64,000 nt of DNA, taken from the NCBI RefSeq assembly GCF_963921235.1, contig NC_086107.1, forward strand, positions 95,854,001 to 95,918,000. The letters are read 5' to 3'. Positions 1 to 13,715 of the stretch are shown here, piece by piece. The first letter of the stretch is position 1, and every line of letters starts with the position of its first letter. A program made the position numbers and the translations under genes. The notes under the pieces were generated by a model that saw nothing but the letters and a program-made list of their open reading frames with translations, was not told the DNA's origin and did no database searches. Origin of the DNA: Mobula hypostoma. Lineage: Eukaryota.

Positions 1-940
1 GCTGTCTGACTGCTGGTTCAAAGACACAACTGTTGGCATCAGGGCACCTTGCATTAAAATAGTACGCAGTAAAGTTGCAATAATGTTAAATATAAAGGCC
101 ACAGAATCCAAACCCAAGTGTCTTCCAAATTCTTTGTAATACCTTCTTATTTCTTCATGATCCACACACTCTGCCAATCCAGTCTCTCATCGTAACTGAA
201 ATATTCCATCCCAGGCAATATCTCCTGGATCACAAAAGATAGTATAGCAAGAAACGGACCCTTTGGCCCGTGATGTTGTGCTGAACTAATTAAATTAGTA
301 ATTAAATGTGTAATTGAACTAATTATTTCTGCCTACACAATGTCAATTTGCCTCCATTCCCTTCATGTGCCTAACTAAGAGTCTCTTAAATGTCCGTATC
401 ATCCCTGCCTCCACCACCACCAGTGTATTCCAGGCACCCAATCAATCACCAGTGTATTCCAGGCACCCACTGCTCGATGTAAAGAAACTTGCTCCACACA
501 TCTCCTTTGATGTTACTTCTCTTGTCTCTCAGGGTCTCTTTCTGTGGTGTGCAACTCGCCACTGGCTCCCATTCACAGAATTAAATGTTCTGCCGTCACC
601 CCCTAGCTCCCATCACCAAGACCATTTTGGGTCCATTTTACCATTTTACCTTTGATCCTGAGGGGCCCAGTGCCCTATGTGGCACCCTGTCAAAGGCTGT
701 TCAGAAGTCCACAGAAACCACTGCACTTGCCCGTGTTAATAACCCTGTGATTTTTTTTGAAACATTCATTGAGCTTAGTCAAACAAGAGCTCCAGTTAAT
801 GAAGGGGAGGGTGCAAGATGTGAAATTAATACTTCACACCAGTATTCAGCAAGTAGAAAGGCATGGACGTAGAGAAATAAGGGAACTGTATGCTGATTTT
901 CCCAGAGTATAATGATATAAAATGGAGGAAGTATTAGGTC

Positions 941-1750
941 TTTTAACAGTAAGAAGGCATGCTCTCAGACAGGGTCAAACGAAGATGTTACTGTCTTTTT
1001 AAGCATATTTTTTACAATTGCAAGACCCTGCTGGACATTAAGAACATAAAGTCCTGTAGGTCTACCCCATCAGCGAGTTGCTCGTTGGCGGAGAAACTGA
1101 AGGAACTGGACCTTGTGCTGCGTGCTACAAGAGGGATGTCAGGGTCAGTGCGTGAAGGTAGTGTGCGATAACAGCAAATGTTGTCTGAGTCGCTTTTCTT
1201 GTGATCGCAAGACCCTGTCGGACATTGGTGATGTGAAATGCTGTAAGTCCGGTTCACTGGTTCATTGGCAGATCCAGTGGCAGGAGAGCTGTGTGGCCTC
1301 AGTTAGAGCAAGGACTAGGCTTCAAGCCGCTGTGTTGCCTGTTTGCGGCTGTTTAGGACAGAGGTGTGGGGAGGTGGTATGGCAGGGTGTCCATGCTGGT
1401 GTCGGAGCTCCCTCTAGTGTTTGCTCGGTGGACGACTAGGCCTCAAGCCACAGCATTGCCTGTTTGCAGCCATCCAGGAGAGAGTATCGGAGTCGATGCT
1501 GGACGCACCTACTGGCTTTGGTGCTGCCCTCCAGTGTTTGCTCAATGGAAGACTACTGCAACATGGACTCAGGGACTTGGACTATATTTTTTGTGTGACT
1601 GTATTTTACTGCTGTCTTATATATGCTATATGTACCTTGTGCTGTGTATGACTTTTGGTACTTTGTTTTGTACCTTGGGTCCACAGTAACTCAGTTTTGT
1701 TTGGCTGTATTCATATATGTTTGAATGACAATTAACTTTGAACTTAAAAC
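941..1750 (+). mobile_element. Non-coding interspersed repeat (non-autonomous retroelement-like); related copy at ~21350-21785
   Basis: The motif tgtgat(c/a)gcaaga(c/g)cctg-ggacattg is shared with the 21440-21480 region; ends in an AACTT-type short-repeat tail. Confidence 0.5.
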
Positions 1751-1999
1751 TGGATAAGTCCTGATAGGATTGATCCCAGGTTATTGAGAGACAAGAGATG
1801 ATATATCAGGGGTCTGGAGAATTACAAGTGTTGCTCGTTTATTTAAGAAGGGAAGTAGGGGCACACCAGGTAATAAGCCAGTAATCCTTAAGTCAGAGGT
1901 AGGAAAATTACTGGTGACAATTCTTAGCGATAGGCTTTGCTCACATTTGGAAAAGCATTTGGAGCAGTGCCCAATCAGAGATCGGAAGCCTAAAAAGAT

Positions 2000-4900
2000 G
2001 TAGCTCACTCAGGTTTGCCGATTGAGTAGAAAAGGCAGCGACTCACGGCAGTTCAGTGCTTTGAGCAGCAGCCAATCAGCATTCAGGATTGATTGGCAAG
2101 AACAAATTAAAGTAAGGCAGGGGGCAAGCATCATTGGAGCGGCCATCATTGGAGTGGTCAGAGTTAGAGTGGAGATTTTTTTTAGTCTTTAGCTCTTCGA
2201 GGCTTCAGTGAGGAGAGATGAATGAGAGAAGGCAAAAAAGCTGTAGGCAGAGTCCCTGCAGTTTATTGTTCTGCTTTCTTTATATTTGCTCAGTTAGAAC
2301 AGTAGAAATACAAAGTAAGATAGTGGAATGCTCCTCTTGCGGGATGTGGGAAGGCAAGGAAATATCCAGTGTACCTGACGACTACAACTACAAAAAGTGC
2401 ATCCACCTGCAGCTTCTAACCCTCCACGTTAAGGAGTGGGAGCTGGAACTAGATGAACTCTGGATTATCTGGGGTACTGAGGGGGTGATAGATGGGACAT
2501 ATAGAGAGGTAGGACACAGGAAACTGGGTAACAGTCAGGAAAGGGAAAAGAGTTAAACAGCCAGTGCAGAGTACCCCTGTGGCCATACCCTCAACAACAG
2601 GCATACCACTTTGGATACTGTTGGGGAGGGGGGGTATGACCTAACAGAGGAAGGGTGAACAGCCAGAGGTTGTGGTCCATTTAGGTACCAATGACCTAGA
2701 TACGGAGAGCAATGAGGCTCTGCAAAGTGGGTTCAGGGAGTTAGGCGCTAAGTTAAAGGGCAGGACCTCCAGGGTTGAGACCTCAGGATTGCTACCTGTG
2801 TCACATGGTAGTGAGGCCAGATATAGGAAGATTATACAATTTGACATGTGACTACAGAGCTGGTGTAGGAGGGAGGGGATAAAATTTTTGGATCATTGGG
2901 CTCTCTTCCAAGGATGGTGGGAGCTTTACAGAAGAGGCAGTTTGCATCTGAACTGGAAGGGCACTAATATCCTAGTAGGAAGGTTTGATAGTGCTGCACG
3001 GTGGGGTTTAAACTAGAATTGCAGCGGGATGGGAACCAGAGTGCAGAAAAGTTAGTGGAGAGGTTGTGGAGGCAGATGTTTAAGACCTCAGACAAAGTCA
3101 GGAATCAAAAAGTTGATCATGGTGCGACTACTGCCCTGAGCTTTATGCATTTCAATGCAAAAAGCATTGCTAGAAAGGTAGATGAGTTCAGGGCATTGAT
3201 CAACATCTGGAATTCTGATATTGTAGCTGTTAGGGAGACTTGGTTGCAGAGGGGCAGGACTGGCAGCTCAATATTCCGGAGTTCCATTGTTTTAGACTCG
3301 ACGGAGCCGGGAGGGATTAAAGGAGGAAGGGTGGTATTACTAGTCAGAGAAAATGCCTCTGCAGTGCAGTGCTCAGTCAGGACAAAATGGAGAACTCATC
3401 TAGTGAGGCATTATGGGTAGAATGAAGAAATAAGAAAGGTATGACCACATTAATGGGGCCATATCACAGAGCACCCAAAGTCCGAGGGATTTAGAGGATC
3501 GAGTTTGCAGAAAGATCGCAGATTGTTGCAAGAAACATAAGTTATAGTAGGTGATTTTAACTTTCCACACAGTGACTGGGACTCTCATACGTAAAAGGAC
3601 TATGTGGGATAGAGGTTGTCAAAAGTTTTCAGGGGAGTTTCCTTAATCACTATGTAGAAGCCCTAATGAGAAAGAGTGCGATATTTGATCTGCTATTAGG
3701 GAATGGGACAGGACAGGTGAAATAAATTTGTGTAAGGGAACACTTTTCATCTGGTGATCACAATGCCATTAGTTTCAAAGTAAATATGGAAGAAAGTTAT
3801 GTCTGGTCTGTGGATTGATACTCTAGATTGGAGAAAGGCCAATTTTGATGGTATCAGAAAAGTGTGGATTGTTATAGGCTGTTTTCTGGCTAAGGTGTAC
3901 TTGGTAAGTGGGAGGCCTTCAAAAGTGAAATTTTGAGAGTACAAAGCTTGTATGTGCCAGTCAGAATAAAAGATAATGATAAAAGCTCTTGGTTTTCAAG
4001 AGATATTAAGGCCTTGGTTGAGAAAAAAGTGCATAGCAGGCATAGGCAAGTAAGAACAAACGAGGTGCTTATGGGGTATAAGAAATACAAGAGAGCGTTT
4101 AAGAAAGTAATCAGGAGGGCTGAAAGGAGGCATGAGGTTGCCCTAGCAGACAAGGTGAAGGAGAATCCTAAGGGATGCTACAGATATGTTAAGTGCGAAA
4201 AGACTGTAAGGGACAGAATTGGTCATCTGGAAGATCAGAATGGTAATCCATGTGTGGAGCTGAAAGAAATGGGGGAGATGGAAAATGAATTTTTGCATCT
4301 GTATTTACTCAGGAGATGGACACTGTCTATGGAAGTGAGGCTAGCAACAACGAGGTCAGAGACTCTATACAGATCACAGAGGAGGAGGTGTTGACTGTCC
4401 TGAGACAAATTAGAGTGAATAAATCCCCTAGGCCAGACAAGGTATTCCCTTGGACCCTGCGGGAGACAAGTGCCAAAATTGCAGAGGCCCTAGCAGAGAT
4501 ATTTAACTCTTCCCTAGGTGACAGGTGAGGTGCCAGAGGTTTGGAAGATAGTCAATATTGTTCCAGTGTTTTAGAAACACTAAGAATAAACCAGAAAATT
4601 ATAGGCTGGCATCAGTAGTGGGTAGGTTATTGGAAGGTGATTTAAGGGACCAGATATATATGTAAGTATTTGAATATACATGAACTGATTAAGGATTGTC
4701 AGCATGGCTTCGTGTGTGGTAGGTCATGTCTAACCAATTTTATAGAGTTTTTCGAGCAAGTTACTGGGAAAGTTGCGCGCGGCCTCTCCGGTGAATGATA
4801 TCTGTAATCCGTATAGTAGGGGACCGTGCACAATTCTGATTTGATGGAGATGGACGTGAGAGTACGGAGGAACATCTGGAAAACTTCTGAAATGCCCGCT

Positions 4901-6633
4901 TCGCTGCCGCTGCTACTGTGTAGTAACTGGAATCTCCGGAGCAGAAGGCCCTGAATTCTCGGCTTTGCTTGTTTCAGCGGCCAGGGCTAGGTCGAAGGTG
5001 CTCGGCAGAGGATGGCGCTCAGGAGGCTGTATCGGAGGGGCTGGTCGGAGGCTCAAAGTTTTTGGACGGACGGACTCAGAGTCGGCTGTGGTCAGCTGCT
5101 TCCAAAGCATCGGCAAGTTGACGGTGCCTGGAGATTTATGGCAGGGAATTTCTCCCTTTTGCTGCCGGCTATCGGGGACTTAGGAGGCGATCGACCCGGG
5201 GACTTTGAGACTTTTTTTACTGTGCCCATGGTTTGTTCTTCATCAAATTATGGTATTGCTTTGCACTGCTGTAACTATATGTCATAATTATGTGGCTCGG
5301 TCAGTGTTAGTCTTTGGTTTGTCCTGCTTTTTTGTGATATCACTCCGGAGAAACATTGTATCATTTCTTAATGCATGTATGCATTTCTAAATGACAATAA
5401 AAGAGGACTGAGTGTTCTCATAATCTGAAAACAAAGTTGATGAAGGCAAGTAAGCGTATGTGGCATTTGACAAGGTCCCGCATGGGAGATTGGTTAAGAA
5501 GGTTCAGTCGCTCAGAATTCAAGATGAGCTAGTAAATTGGGTTAGTCATTGGCTTTGTGGGAGGAGCCAGAGTGAGGTAGTAGATAGTTGCCTCTCTAAC
5601 TGGAGGCTTGCGACGAGTGGAGGACAGGGATCGGTGCTGGGTTCATTGTTGTTTGTCGTCTATATCAACAATCTGGATGATAATGTGGTTGATTCAATTA
5701 GCAAGTTTGCAGATGACACCAAGATTGGGGGTGTAGTGGACAGCGGAGAAGGCTATCATGACTTGCAGTGGAATCAGGATCAGCTGGAAAAATGGGCTGA
5801 AGAACGGCAGATGGAATATAATGTAGACAAGTGCGAGGTGTGTCACTTTGGTAGAACCAACCAGAGCAGGTCTTATACAGTAAACAGTAGGTCACTGAGG
5901 ATTGTGATAGAATAAAGGGAAATGGGAATACAGGTCCATAATTCATTGAAGGTAGTATCACAGGTAGATAGGGTTGTAAAGAAAGCTTTTGACACATTGG
6001 CCTTCATAAATCAAAGTATTGAGTACAGGAGATGGGATGTTATGTTGAAGTTGTTTAAGACATTGGTGAGGCCTAATTTGGAGTATCGTGTGCAGTTTTG
6101 GTCACCTATCTACAGGAAAGATGTAAATAAAGGTGAAAGAGTACATAGAAAAATTACAAGGATGTTGCCGGGTCTGGAGGACCTGAGTTATAAGGAAAGA
6201 TTGAATAGGTTAGGATTTTATCTCTTGGAATGTAGAAGATTGAGTGGAGATTTGATAGAGGTGTATACTCAATGACGCGGGGCATAGATAGGGTAAATGC
6301 AAGCTGGCTTTTTCCAGTGAGGTTAGGTAGGACCACAACCAGAGGTCATGGGTTAAGGGTGAAAGGTGAAAATTTTAAGGGGAACATGAGAGGAATCTTG
6401 TTCACTCAGAGGGTCGTGAGAGTGTGGGACAAGCTGCCAAGCACAACCGGTGCACGCAAGCTCAATTTCAATGTTTATGAGAAGTTTGGATAGATATATG
6501 GATGGTAGGGGTATGGAGGACTATGGTCCTGGTGCAGGTTGGTGGGAGTAGTCAGTTTAAATGGTTCGGTACTGACTAGATGGGCCAAAGGGCCTGTTTC
6601 CGTGCTGTACTTTTCTATGACTCTGTGACTCAT
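2000..6633 (+). mobile_element. Near-full-length, decayed CR1 (HER1-like) LINE: ORF1 (Cys-rich region plus SGNH esterase) and ORF2 (APE-RT)
   Basis: ORF1 CSSCGMW..KKC and VVVHLGTND; endonuclease NAKSIARK, DIVAVRETW, GDFNFP; RT AFDKVPH, QGSVLG, KFADDTK; 3' end CTATGACTCTGTGACTC; many stops and frameshifts. Confidence 0.9.
4776..5432 (+). mobile_element. Non-coding CpG-rich retroposon inserted in the CR1 RT; second copy at ~60938-61475 (-)
   Basis: 7-bp TSD AAAGTTG (4769-4775 and 5433-5439); AATAAA then TAATCT 3' end; high similarity to the minus-strand copy, which carries an (AATCT)n tail. Confidence 0.8.
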
Positions 6634-7194
6634 TAGGGACATCAGTATGGTCTTGTCAAGTCAAGTCAAGTTTATTGTCACATGCACAGATGCAATGAAA
6701 AATTTACTTGCAGCAGTGTTACAGGCATGTAACACCATATAAGCAGCAATCACAAGAAAACATAAATTAAACAAAGTTCTACATGATTTTTAAAAGAAGG
6801 AGCATAGAAGATGATTGATGAGGGCAGGGTAGTGGAGGTTGTATATATAGTATAGTAAAGCATTCAACGAGGTCCCTCATAAAAGGCTGATCCAGAAGCT
6901 TAAGGTGTATGGGATCCATTGATGACTGAACCATTTGCACTTATTTTGGCTTGGTCATACAGGTCAAAGGACAGTGGTGAAGGGGTGCTTCTCTGACATG
7001 GAGGTCTGTGACCATTGGTATTCCACAAGGATCTGTGCTGGAACGTCAGCTTTTGGTGTTATACATACATGGTTTTGTTGGAAATATAGATTAGCTGTTC
7101 AGTAAGTTTGCAGGTGACATAAAAATAGGTGGAGTTGTGAACAGTGAGGAAGGCTGTCAAAGATACAGTAGGGTGTAAATCATTTGGAAATGGC

Positions 7195-7840
7195 ACTACT
7201 ACTACTACTACTACTACGTCAACTCAGGCCTAGGGGGCTGGCGTCGGGCACGATGACGGACTCTGCGCTTCTCCCTCTCCCTCATCAGTGTGTTCAGTTC
7301 ATCTACATTAGCCGTGCCGCTGTCTTCTAGGACCATAGTCTTGGGAGAGCGCCCAGGGTTCATCCTCCCGTGCTTGGGCCCCCACAAAATGACTAGGCTG
7401 GCAGGTAGCTCGGGGTGGCGCAGACAGTACCCCACTAGTTGCAGTCTTCTCGCTTCAATTTTAGTGACGAGCATCAGTAGGTTGTTATAGAGCTCAACGT
7501 TCATCATGTGCTGTTGCCAACTTGTGTCAAGAGCCATCTGGAGCATTCATGTAAAGCAACCATCTAGAGACTTTCGCATCGTCTTGGTGAGTGTCCATGT
7601 CTCGCATCTGTACGTGAGAATGGACTCTATGACTGCATGAAAATCCTCTTTTTAAGCCCTCTGGTCAGGTTCGACTTCCAGATTTCCTTCATGTTGTTCA
7701 TAGTCCTCCACGCCAGTGCCTTCCGTATCTTTATGTCCTTCTCCGAACTCATCATTCTTGACCCAAGGTACTTGTAGTCAAAGACTTTCTTAATGGTATC
7801 ATTCTCTACGGTCTTGAGAGTACCTTCGTCGCAGTTAAAT
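7195..7840 (-). mobile_element. 5'-truncated RTE-clade LINE 3' end
   Basis: DYKYLGS..SSEKDIKIRKALAW and RRLQLVGYCLRHPE..LW.PKHG..GR motifs; (GTA)n microsatellite tail at 7195-7217. Confidence 0.8.
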
Positions 7841-8342
7841 GCAGGAAAATGACAGATGGAGTATAACCTAGGCAAGCATGAGGTGTTGCACTTTCAGAGG
7901 TCAGATGTAAGAGGAAGAGCAGGACCCTTTTTAGCATTGATGTACAGAGAGATCTGGAGTGCAAGTCCAAGGCTCCCTGACAGTGGTAACAGAGTGGAGA
8001 GGGTGGTAAAAAGGCATAGGGCGTGTTTGTTTTTATTGGTCAGGGTGCTGAGTCAGGAAGCATTGTTGCAGATGTGTAAAACTCCGGTTAGGTCACACCT
8101 GAGAGTATTGCATGTAGTTCTGGCTGCAGTATTACAGAGGAAATGGAGACTTTGGAGAGGAAACTGAAGAGGTTTACCAGAGTGTGGCCTGCATTAGAGG
8201 GCATGAGGTATAAGGTGAGGTTGGACAAACTTGGGTTATTTTCTTGGAGCGGCAGAGGCTGGGGGGAGATCTGATAGAGGTTTATAAGATTATCAGACAG
8301 ATAGGTGGGGTAAAGAGATTCTTTTACCCAAATTCTTTGATG

Positions 8343-9219
8343 TGTCACATACCCCGTGACAGGTTAAAGCACCAGCAGAAATGGAAAACACTTTGGAGTC
8401 CAGTATTGTTATTAACTAGTGATATTTATTAGTAACTACACAATACAGTAATATAAATGCAGATAAATCAAACAGGTTAGCAATGATTATATATAAATAA
8501 GGGTGGAATATATATGAAAACCAAGCTTCTTCAAGTCTAGGGGTAAATAGATAGTCTTACGATGATGAGTAAAGTTCAGTTCAGTTCGTGGTATTGAGTT
8601 GAGTAGTGATGGAGAGAGAGAGAGGGAGAGATTTGAGTCTTCAGGTGAGCTGACACCGTCGATCTTCCTGTTGTCCTCCGAATTCCTTTAGAAGTCACCG
8701 ACCATGACCACAACAAAGGGGACCGTTCTTCTGTGGTGGAGCTATCAACCTAGGTGAGGGTTGGACACACAAACAACTCCCCACCGGTCACTTCCTTTTT
8801 ACACTGCAAGAGCCACTGATCGATCCTCCAAAAACCCACTTTTTCTGTGGGCACAACAAAGCTCATTCAGTGTCCAAAATCATGTATTGCAGGTCTATCA
8901 TCTGACCTTCTATTTATCTCCCTGTGCTGAATACCGACTGTCTCTCAAATCAGCTCCTCCCTTCTCTCTCTGTCTAAGAATGTACAAGCAGGCCATGTCC
9001 TTGTAGAAATGTAAACATGCTGCCGAAAAATCATAACACCATCTCAAAGCAGTCTTCATCTCTCTATTAAAAACAAGATGTCGGTGTAAAATAACTCTCT
9101 CTTTCTCTTTTTAACAAGTTGTCAGTTGTTGAGCACCTCTCTCTCTCTCTCTTTTCAAAAGCCCAGTTCACAGGGGTAATCGAGCACAGTTCATAGGGGT
9201 AATTCAGGACGCCGTCACA
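8343..9219 (-). mobile_element. Solo LTR (Gypsy-like)
   Basis: TG...CA termini; flanks GATG/TATG (4-bp TSD, 1 mismatch); AATAAA on the minus strand; splits a CR1 3' region. Confidence 0.65.
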
Positions 9220-9399
9220 TATGTGAAATAGCGGCAGCCATAGCTTTAAGATGAGGAAGGAAGTTTAAAAGAGATATGCAGGGCAAGTCTTTTTTTAAAA
9301 CAGACAGTGCTGGATTGTGCTGCCAGGGCAATAGTGGAAGCAGATATATCAAGAATATTTAAGAGGCATTTAGACGTGCACATGAACAGGCAAGGAAGA

Positions 9400-9690
9400 T
9401 TTTTTAAATTTATTTATTGAGATATAGTGTGGAATAAGCCCTTCTGGCCCTTTGAACTGTGCCGTACAGCAATGCCCCAATTTAATCCTAGCCTAATCAC
9501 GAAACAACTTACAATGACCAATTAACTTACCAACTGGTACGCCTTTGGACTTTGGGAGGAAACTGGAGCACCCGAAGGAAACCCGTGCGGTCACGGGCGA
9601 ACATACAAACTCCTTACAGATGGCAGTGGGAATAAAACCTGGGTCACTGGTACTGCAAAGCATTGTGCTAACCACTACACTACCACATAG
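9400..9690 (-). mobile_element. tRNA-derived V-SINE (HE1-like); relatives at ~23150-23300 (-), ~33990-34165 (-) and ~34975-35240 (+)
   Basis: Minus strand has an A-box-like GTGTAGTGGTTAGC and the V-domain GGGTTTCCTTCGGGTGCTCCAGTTTCCTCCCAAAGTCCAAAG. Confidence 0.75.
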
Positions 9691-9802
9691 TGGAGGTTTT
9701 AGTTCTAGATCTGGAGTCAGGGTTTAAGGATGACCAGCAGCGTGTGAGTTTTGACATGGTAGCAGAACACAGAAGAGCTGTCAGAGGTTAGAAAGCAAGG
9801 TA

Positions 9803-12450
9803 CAATAGACAATAGGTGCAGAAGTAGGCCATTCAGCCCTTCGAGCCAGCACCGCCATTCGCTGTGATCATGGCTGATCATCCACAATCAGTATCCAGTT
9901 CCTGCCTTATCCCCATAACCTTTGATTCCGCTATCTTTAAGAGTTCTATCCATCTCTTTCTTGAAAGCATCCAGAGACTTGGCCTCCACTGCCTTCTGGG
10001 GCAGAGCATTCCACATATCCACCACTCTCTGGGTGAAAAAGTTTTCCTCAACTCCGTTCTAAATGGCCTACCCCTTATTCTTAAACTGTGGCCTCTGGTT
10101 CTGGACTCACCCATCAGCGGGAATGTGCTTCCTGCCTCTAGCGTGTCCAATCCCTTAATAATCTTATATGTTTCAATAAGATCCCCTCTCAGCCTTCTAA
10201 ATTCCAGAGCATACAAGTCCAATCGCTCCAATCTTTCGACATATGACAGTCCCGCCATCCCGGAAATTAACCTTGTGAACCTACGCTGCACTCCCTCAAT
10301 AGCAAGAATGTCCTTCCTCAAATTTGGAGACCAAAACTGCACACAATACTCCAGGTGTAGTCTCACCAGGGCCCTGTACAGCTGCAGAAGGACCTCTTTG
10401 CTCTTATACTCAATTCCCCTTGTTATGAAGGCCAGCATGCCATTAGCTTTCTTCACTGCCTGCTGTACCTGCATGCTTGCTTTCAGTGACTGATGTACAA
10501 GAACACCTAGATCTCGTTGTGCTTCCCCTTTTCCTAATTTGACTCCATTTAGATAATAATCTGCCTTCCTGTTCTTACCACCAAAGTGGATAACTTAACA
10601 TTTATCCACATTAAACTGCATCTGCCAAGCATCCGCCCACTCACCCAGCCTGTCCAAGTCACCCTGCATTCTCTTAACATCCTCCTCACATTTCACACTG
10701 CCACCCAGCTTTGTGTCATCTGCAAATTTGCTAATGTTACTTTTGATCCCTTCATCTAAATCATTAATGTATATTGTAAACAGCTGCAGTCCCGGCACTG
10801 AACCCTGCGGTACCCCACTGGTCACCACCTGCCATTCCAAAAGGGACCCGTTAATCGCTACTCTTTGTTTCCTGTCAGCCAGCCAATTTTCAATCCATGT
10901 CAGTACTCTGCCCCCAATACCATGTGCTCTAATTTTGCCCACTAATCCCCTGTGTGGGACTTTATCAAAGGCTTTCTGAAAGTCCAGGTACACTACATCC
11001 ACTGGCTCTCCCTTGTCCATTTTCATAGTTACATCCTCAAAAAAGTCCAGAAGATTAGTCAAGCATGATTTCCCCTTCATAAATCCATGCTGACTCGGAC
11101 CAATCCTGTTTCTGCTATCCAGATGTGTCGTAATTTCATCTTTTATAATTGACTCCAGCATCTTTCCCACCACCAACGTCAGGCTAACCGGTCTATAATT
11201 CCCTGTTTTCTCTCTCTCTCCTTTCTTGAAAATTGGGACAACAATAGCCACCCTACAATCCACAGGAACTGATCCTGATTCTATAGAACATTGTAAAATG
11301 ATTACCAATGCATCCACGATTTCTAAAGCCACCTCCTTAAGTACCCTGGGATGCAGACCATCAGGTCCCGGGAACTTATCAGCCTTCAGACCCAACAGCC
11401 TATCCAACACCATTTCCTGCCTACTATAAATTTCCTTCAGTTCATCCATTACCCTAAGTCCTTTGGCCACTATTTTATTTGGGAGGTTGTTTGTGTCTTC
11501 CTGAGTGAAGACAGATCCAAAGTAGCTGTTCAACTCGTCTGCCATCTCCTTGTTTCCCATAATAAATTCACTCTTTTCTGTCTTTAAGGGCCCAATTTTG
11601 GTCTTAACTATTTTTTTCCTTTTCACATACCTAAAGAAGCTTTTACTATCCTCCTTTATATTCTTGGCTAGTTTACCTTCGCACCTCATTTTTTCTCCAC
11701 TTATTACCCTTTTAGTTATCTTCTGTTGCTCTTTAAAAGTTTTCCAATCCTCTGGCTTCCCACTCATCTTTGCTATGTTGTACTTCTCTTTTATCTTTAT
11801 ACTGTCCTTTACCTTTACTTCCCCTGTCAGCCACGGCCTCCCCTTACTCCCCTTACTCCCCTTAGGATCTTTCTTCCTCTTTGGAATGAACTGATCCTGC
11901 ACCTTCTGCATTATTCCCAGAAATACCTGCCATTGTTGTTCCACTGTCATCCCTGCTGGGGTATTGTTCCATTGAACTTTGGCCAGCTCCTCCCTCGTAG
12001 CTCCATTATCCTAGTTCCCTTTGTTCAACTGTAATACTGACATTTCCTTTCCCTTTGTTCAACTGTAATACTGACACTTCTGATTTTCCCTTCTCCCTCT
12101 CAATTTGTAGAGTAAAACTTGTCATATTATGGTCACTACCTCCTAATGGCTCCTTTACCTCAAGGTCCCCGATCAAATCCGGTTCATTGCACAACACTAA
12201 ATCTAGAATTGTGTTCTCTCTGGTAGGCTCCAGTACAAGCTGTTCTAAGAATCCATCTCGGAGGCACTCTGCAAACTCCCTTTCTTGGGGTCCAGTACCA
12301 ACCTGATTCTTCCAGTCTACCTGCGTGTTGAAATCCCCCATAACAACTGTAGCATTACCTTTGCTACATGCCAATTTTAACTCTTGATTCAACTTACACC
12401 CTACATCCAGACTACTGTTTGGGGGCTTGTGGATAACTCCCATTAGGTGG
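9803..12450 (-). mobile_element. CR1 LINE ORF2 (endonuclease part plus RT), relatively young, 5'-truncated
   Basis: ORFs 12006-12443, 10595-11950 (451 aa; NYRPVSL, YLDFQKAFD, PQGSV, FADDTK) and 9878-10474; CAATAGA repeat tail. Confidence 0.93.
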
Positions 12451-12693
12451 GAATGGGCACACAGTCACAGACAAGACATGAAGCAGTTCTTTAAGAGTGA
12501 GAACACAGTCTTCCCTCCCCTGCGAGATGTTTATCCAGCTATTGCCCCCTTAAGAACAAGGCATCTGGAGCGTATTCAGTGTACTGTTCACTGGAAAATT
12601 CATCACACAGTGCCTCGAAGGAAAACGAGTAAATACCTTGCACCCCCTTTACCCCACTCCTTCCCATTATAATGGCCACTGTCACCCCTGATT

Positions 12694-12920
12694 AGCTGGC
12701 TGGTGGTGCAGTGGCATCAGCGCTGGACTTCGGAGCGAAGGCACCCGAGTTCGAACCCAGCCAGCACCCCAGGCACGCTTTCCATCCGTGCTGGGTTGAG
12801 CTTCGAGCTAGCAACTCGACCTCGTAAAAAAGAAATTGCCCGCTACAGAAACATCAACAACAAAAGGTTGATGGCCTATGCTCCCCTTGAGTTAAAAGGC
12901 AATTTCCTTTCCTTTTTTCC
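12694..12920 (+). mobile_element. tRNA-derived SINE
   Basis: A box TGGTGCAGTGG and B box GAGTTCGAACC; ends in CCTTT repeats. Confidence 0.65.
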
Positions 12921-13715
12921 ACCCCTGATTGGACCGGTGAGCCCTCGCTGTGGGAGTATGATCCACACAGCTGATTGATCCTGTCTTGGGGAGGTCATAC
13001 GTCATGCGACCTGTCTCAAGGGTTGTGGGTCAATGAACACGCGGCAGGGGAGGATCAGAGGTCACTGGCCCTGGTTCGGGGGGGGGGCGGGGTGTGAGGA
13101 TCTTGCCTCATGGTATAAGGGGTAGTGCGACAGTCAGTGGGCTTGACCACTGTCATCCTGGACAGGAATGTTGAGGAGGAACACTGAAGCTGGGTCGAGC
13201 TGGCTGCTTGTGCCCCAGTCTCCTCCGAGGGGACAGCGACCACGTCGAAATGCCCATCGTAAAGAAGATGCAGGACTATAAAGCAAAACGTTGAAGCTGC
13301 TGGTCAGTCAGAGAACCACAAAGCATGAGACATTGGAGCAAAATTAGGCCATTCAGCCCATTGTGTCTGCTCCACCATTCCACCATTATCCCTCCCAACC
13401 TCATTCTCCTGCCTTCTCCCTGTAATCCTTGTCGTAGTTGCTAATCAAGAGCCTATCAACCTCTGCTTTAAGTTTATCAATGACTTGACTTCCACAGCCA
13501 TTGGTGGCAATGAGTTCCACAGATTCACCAACCTCTGGTTAAAGATATTTTTTTCTGCATTTCTGTTCGAAAGGGATGTCCTTCTATTCTGAAGCTGTGC
13601 TCTTTGGCCCTAAACACTCTCAGTATAGAAAATATGCTCTCCACTCTAGACACTTCAATATTCAATAGGTTTCAAATTCAAAGTAAATTTATTAACAGAT
13701 TACATACACTATTTT

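Larger units (their letters stand above)
6800..9400 (+). mobile_element. Older CR1 RT/3' fragment interrupted by RTE and solo-LTR insertions
   Basis: PQGSVL, SKFAGD, MEYNLGKHEVLHF and RLGGDLIEVYKI remnants. Confidence 0.75.

Noticed and set aside
9864..10493. 209-aa + strand ORF (and the similar 45730-46515 ORF)
   Set aside because: Antisense frames of CR1 ORF2.
12694..12770. Possible tRNA gene (also 13950-14025)
   Set aside because: The A/B boxes continue into SINE bodies; there is no clean cloverleaf, and the 13950 type is multi-copy.
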